Part shown: positions 63,933 through 64,000 of the stretch, one piece after another
How positions within the stretch are numbered: the first letter of the stretch is position 1
Layout: each line of letters begins with the position of its first letter
Source: Parasitella parasitica NRRL 2501
Lineage: Eukaryota > Fungi > Mucoromycota
Direction: 5' to 3'
Assembly: GCA_025201805.1 (NCBI GenBank)
Contig: MU619275.1
Coordinates: forward strand, 36,700-100,699
DNA length: 64,000 nucleotides
Notes under the pieces: model-generated
The model's input: the letters and a program-made list of their open reading frames with translations, nothing else
Told to the model about the DNA's origin: nothing
Databases searched by the model: none
Translations under genes and position numbers: made by a program

Positions 63933-64000
63933 TCAATCAACAAAATACACTATTTACCCTTGCATATTCCTCAATCTAAAGAAAATATCTTTTAATAAAT

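Overview
Eukaryotic fungal DNA, most likely Mucorales (Mucor/Parasitella-like). The evidence is short GT-AG introns, poly-Q tracts and fungal housekeeping genes: thioredoxin, Mgr2/Romo1, Ubp2, a WW protein, a VPS9 GEF, an arrestin, a peroxisomal carnitine acyltransferase, a RhoGAP, an RPA-C-like OB fold, RPS19, a Ste20-like kinase, an Ola1/YchF ATPase, an M28 glutamate carboxypeptidase, a class V myosin-chitin synthase, CSN4 and TSC2. Two transposon-rich islands stand out. (1) 1-3.9 kb: the 3' half of a Fanzor (eukaryotic TnpB-like RNA-guided nuclease) element ending in a mariner-type CAGT/TA terminus, then a decayed Tc1/IS630 transposase, a precisely bounded non-autonomous Helitron and a probable solo LTR. 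(2) 22.1-27.2 kb: a second, divergent, internally deleted Fanzor with N-terminal zinc knuckles, bracketed by inverted repeats and preceded by a long diverged direct repeat. Both Fanzors look inactivated but share ordered non-coding 3' motifs and carry hairpins where an omegaRNA is expected. All calls are by-eye motif recognition with no database search; exon boundaries are manual estimates.
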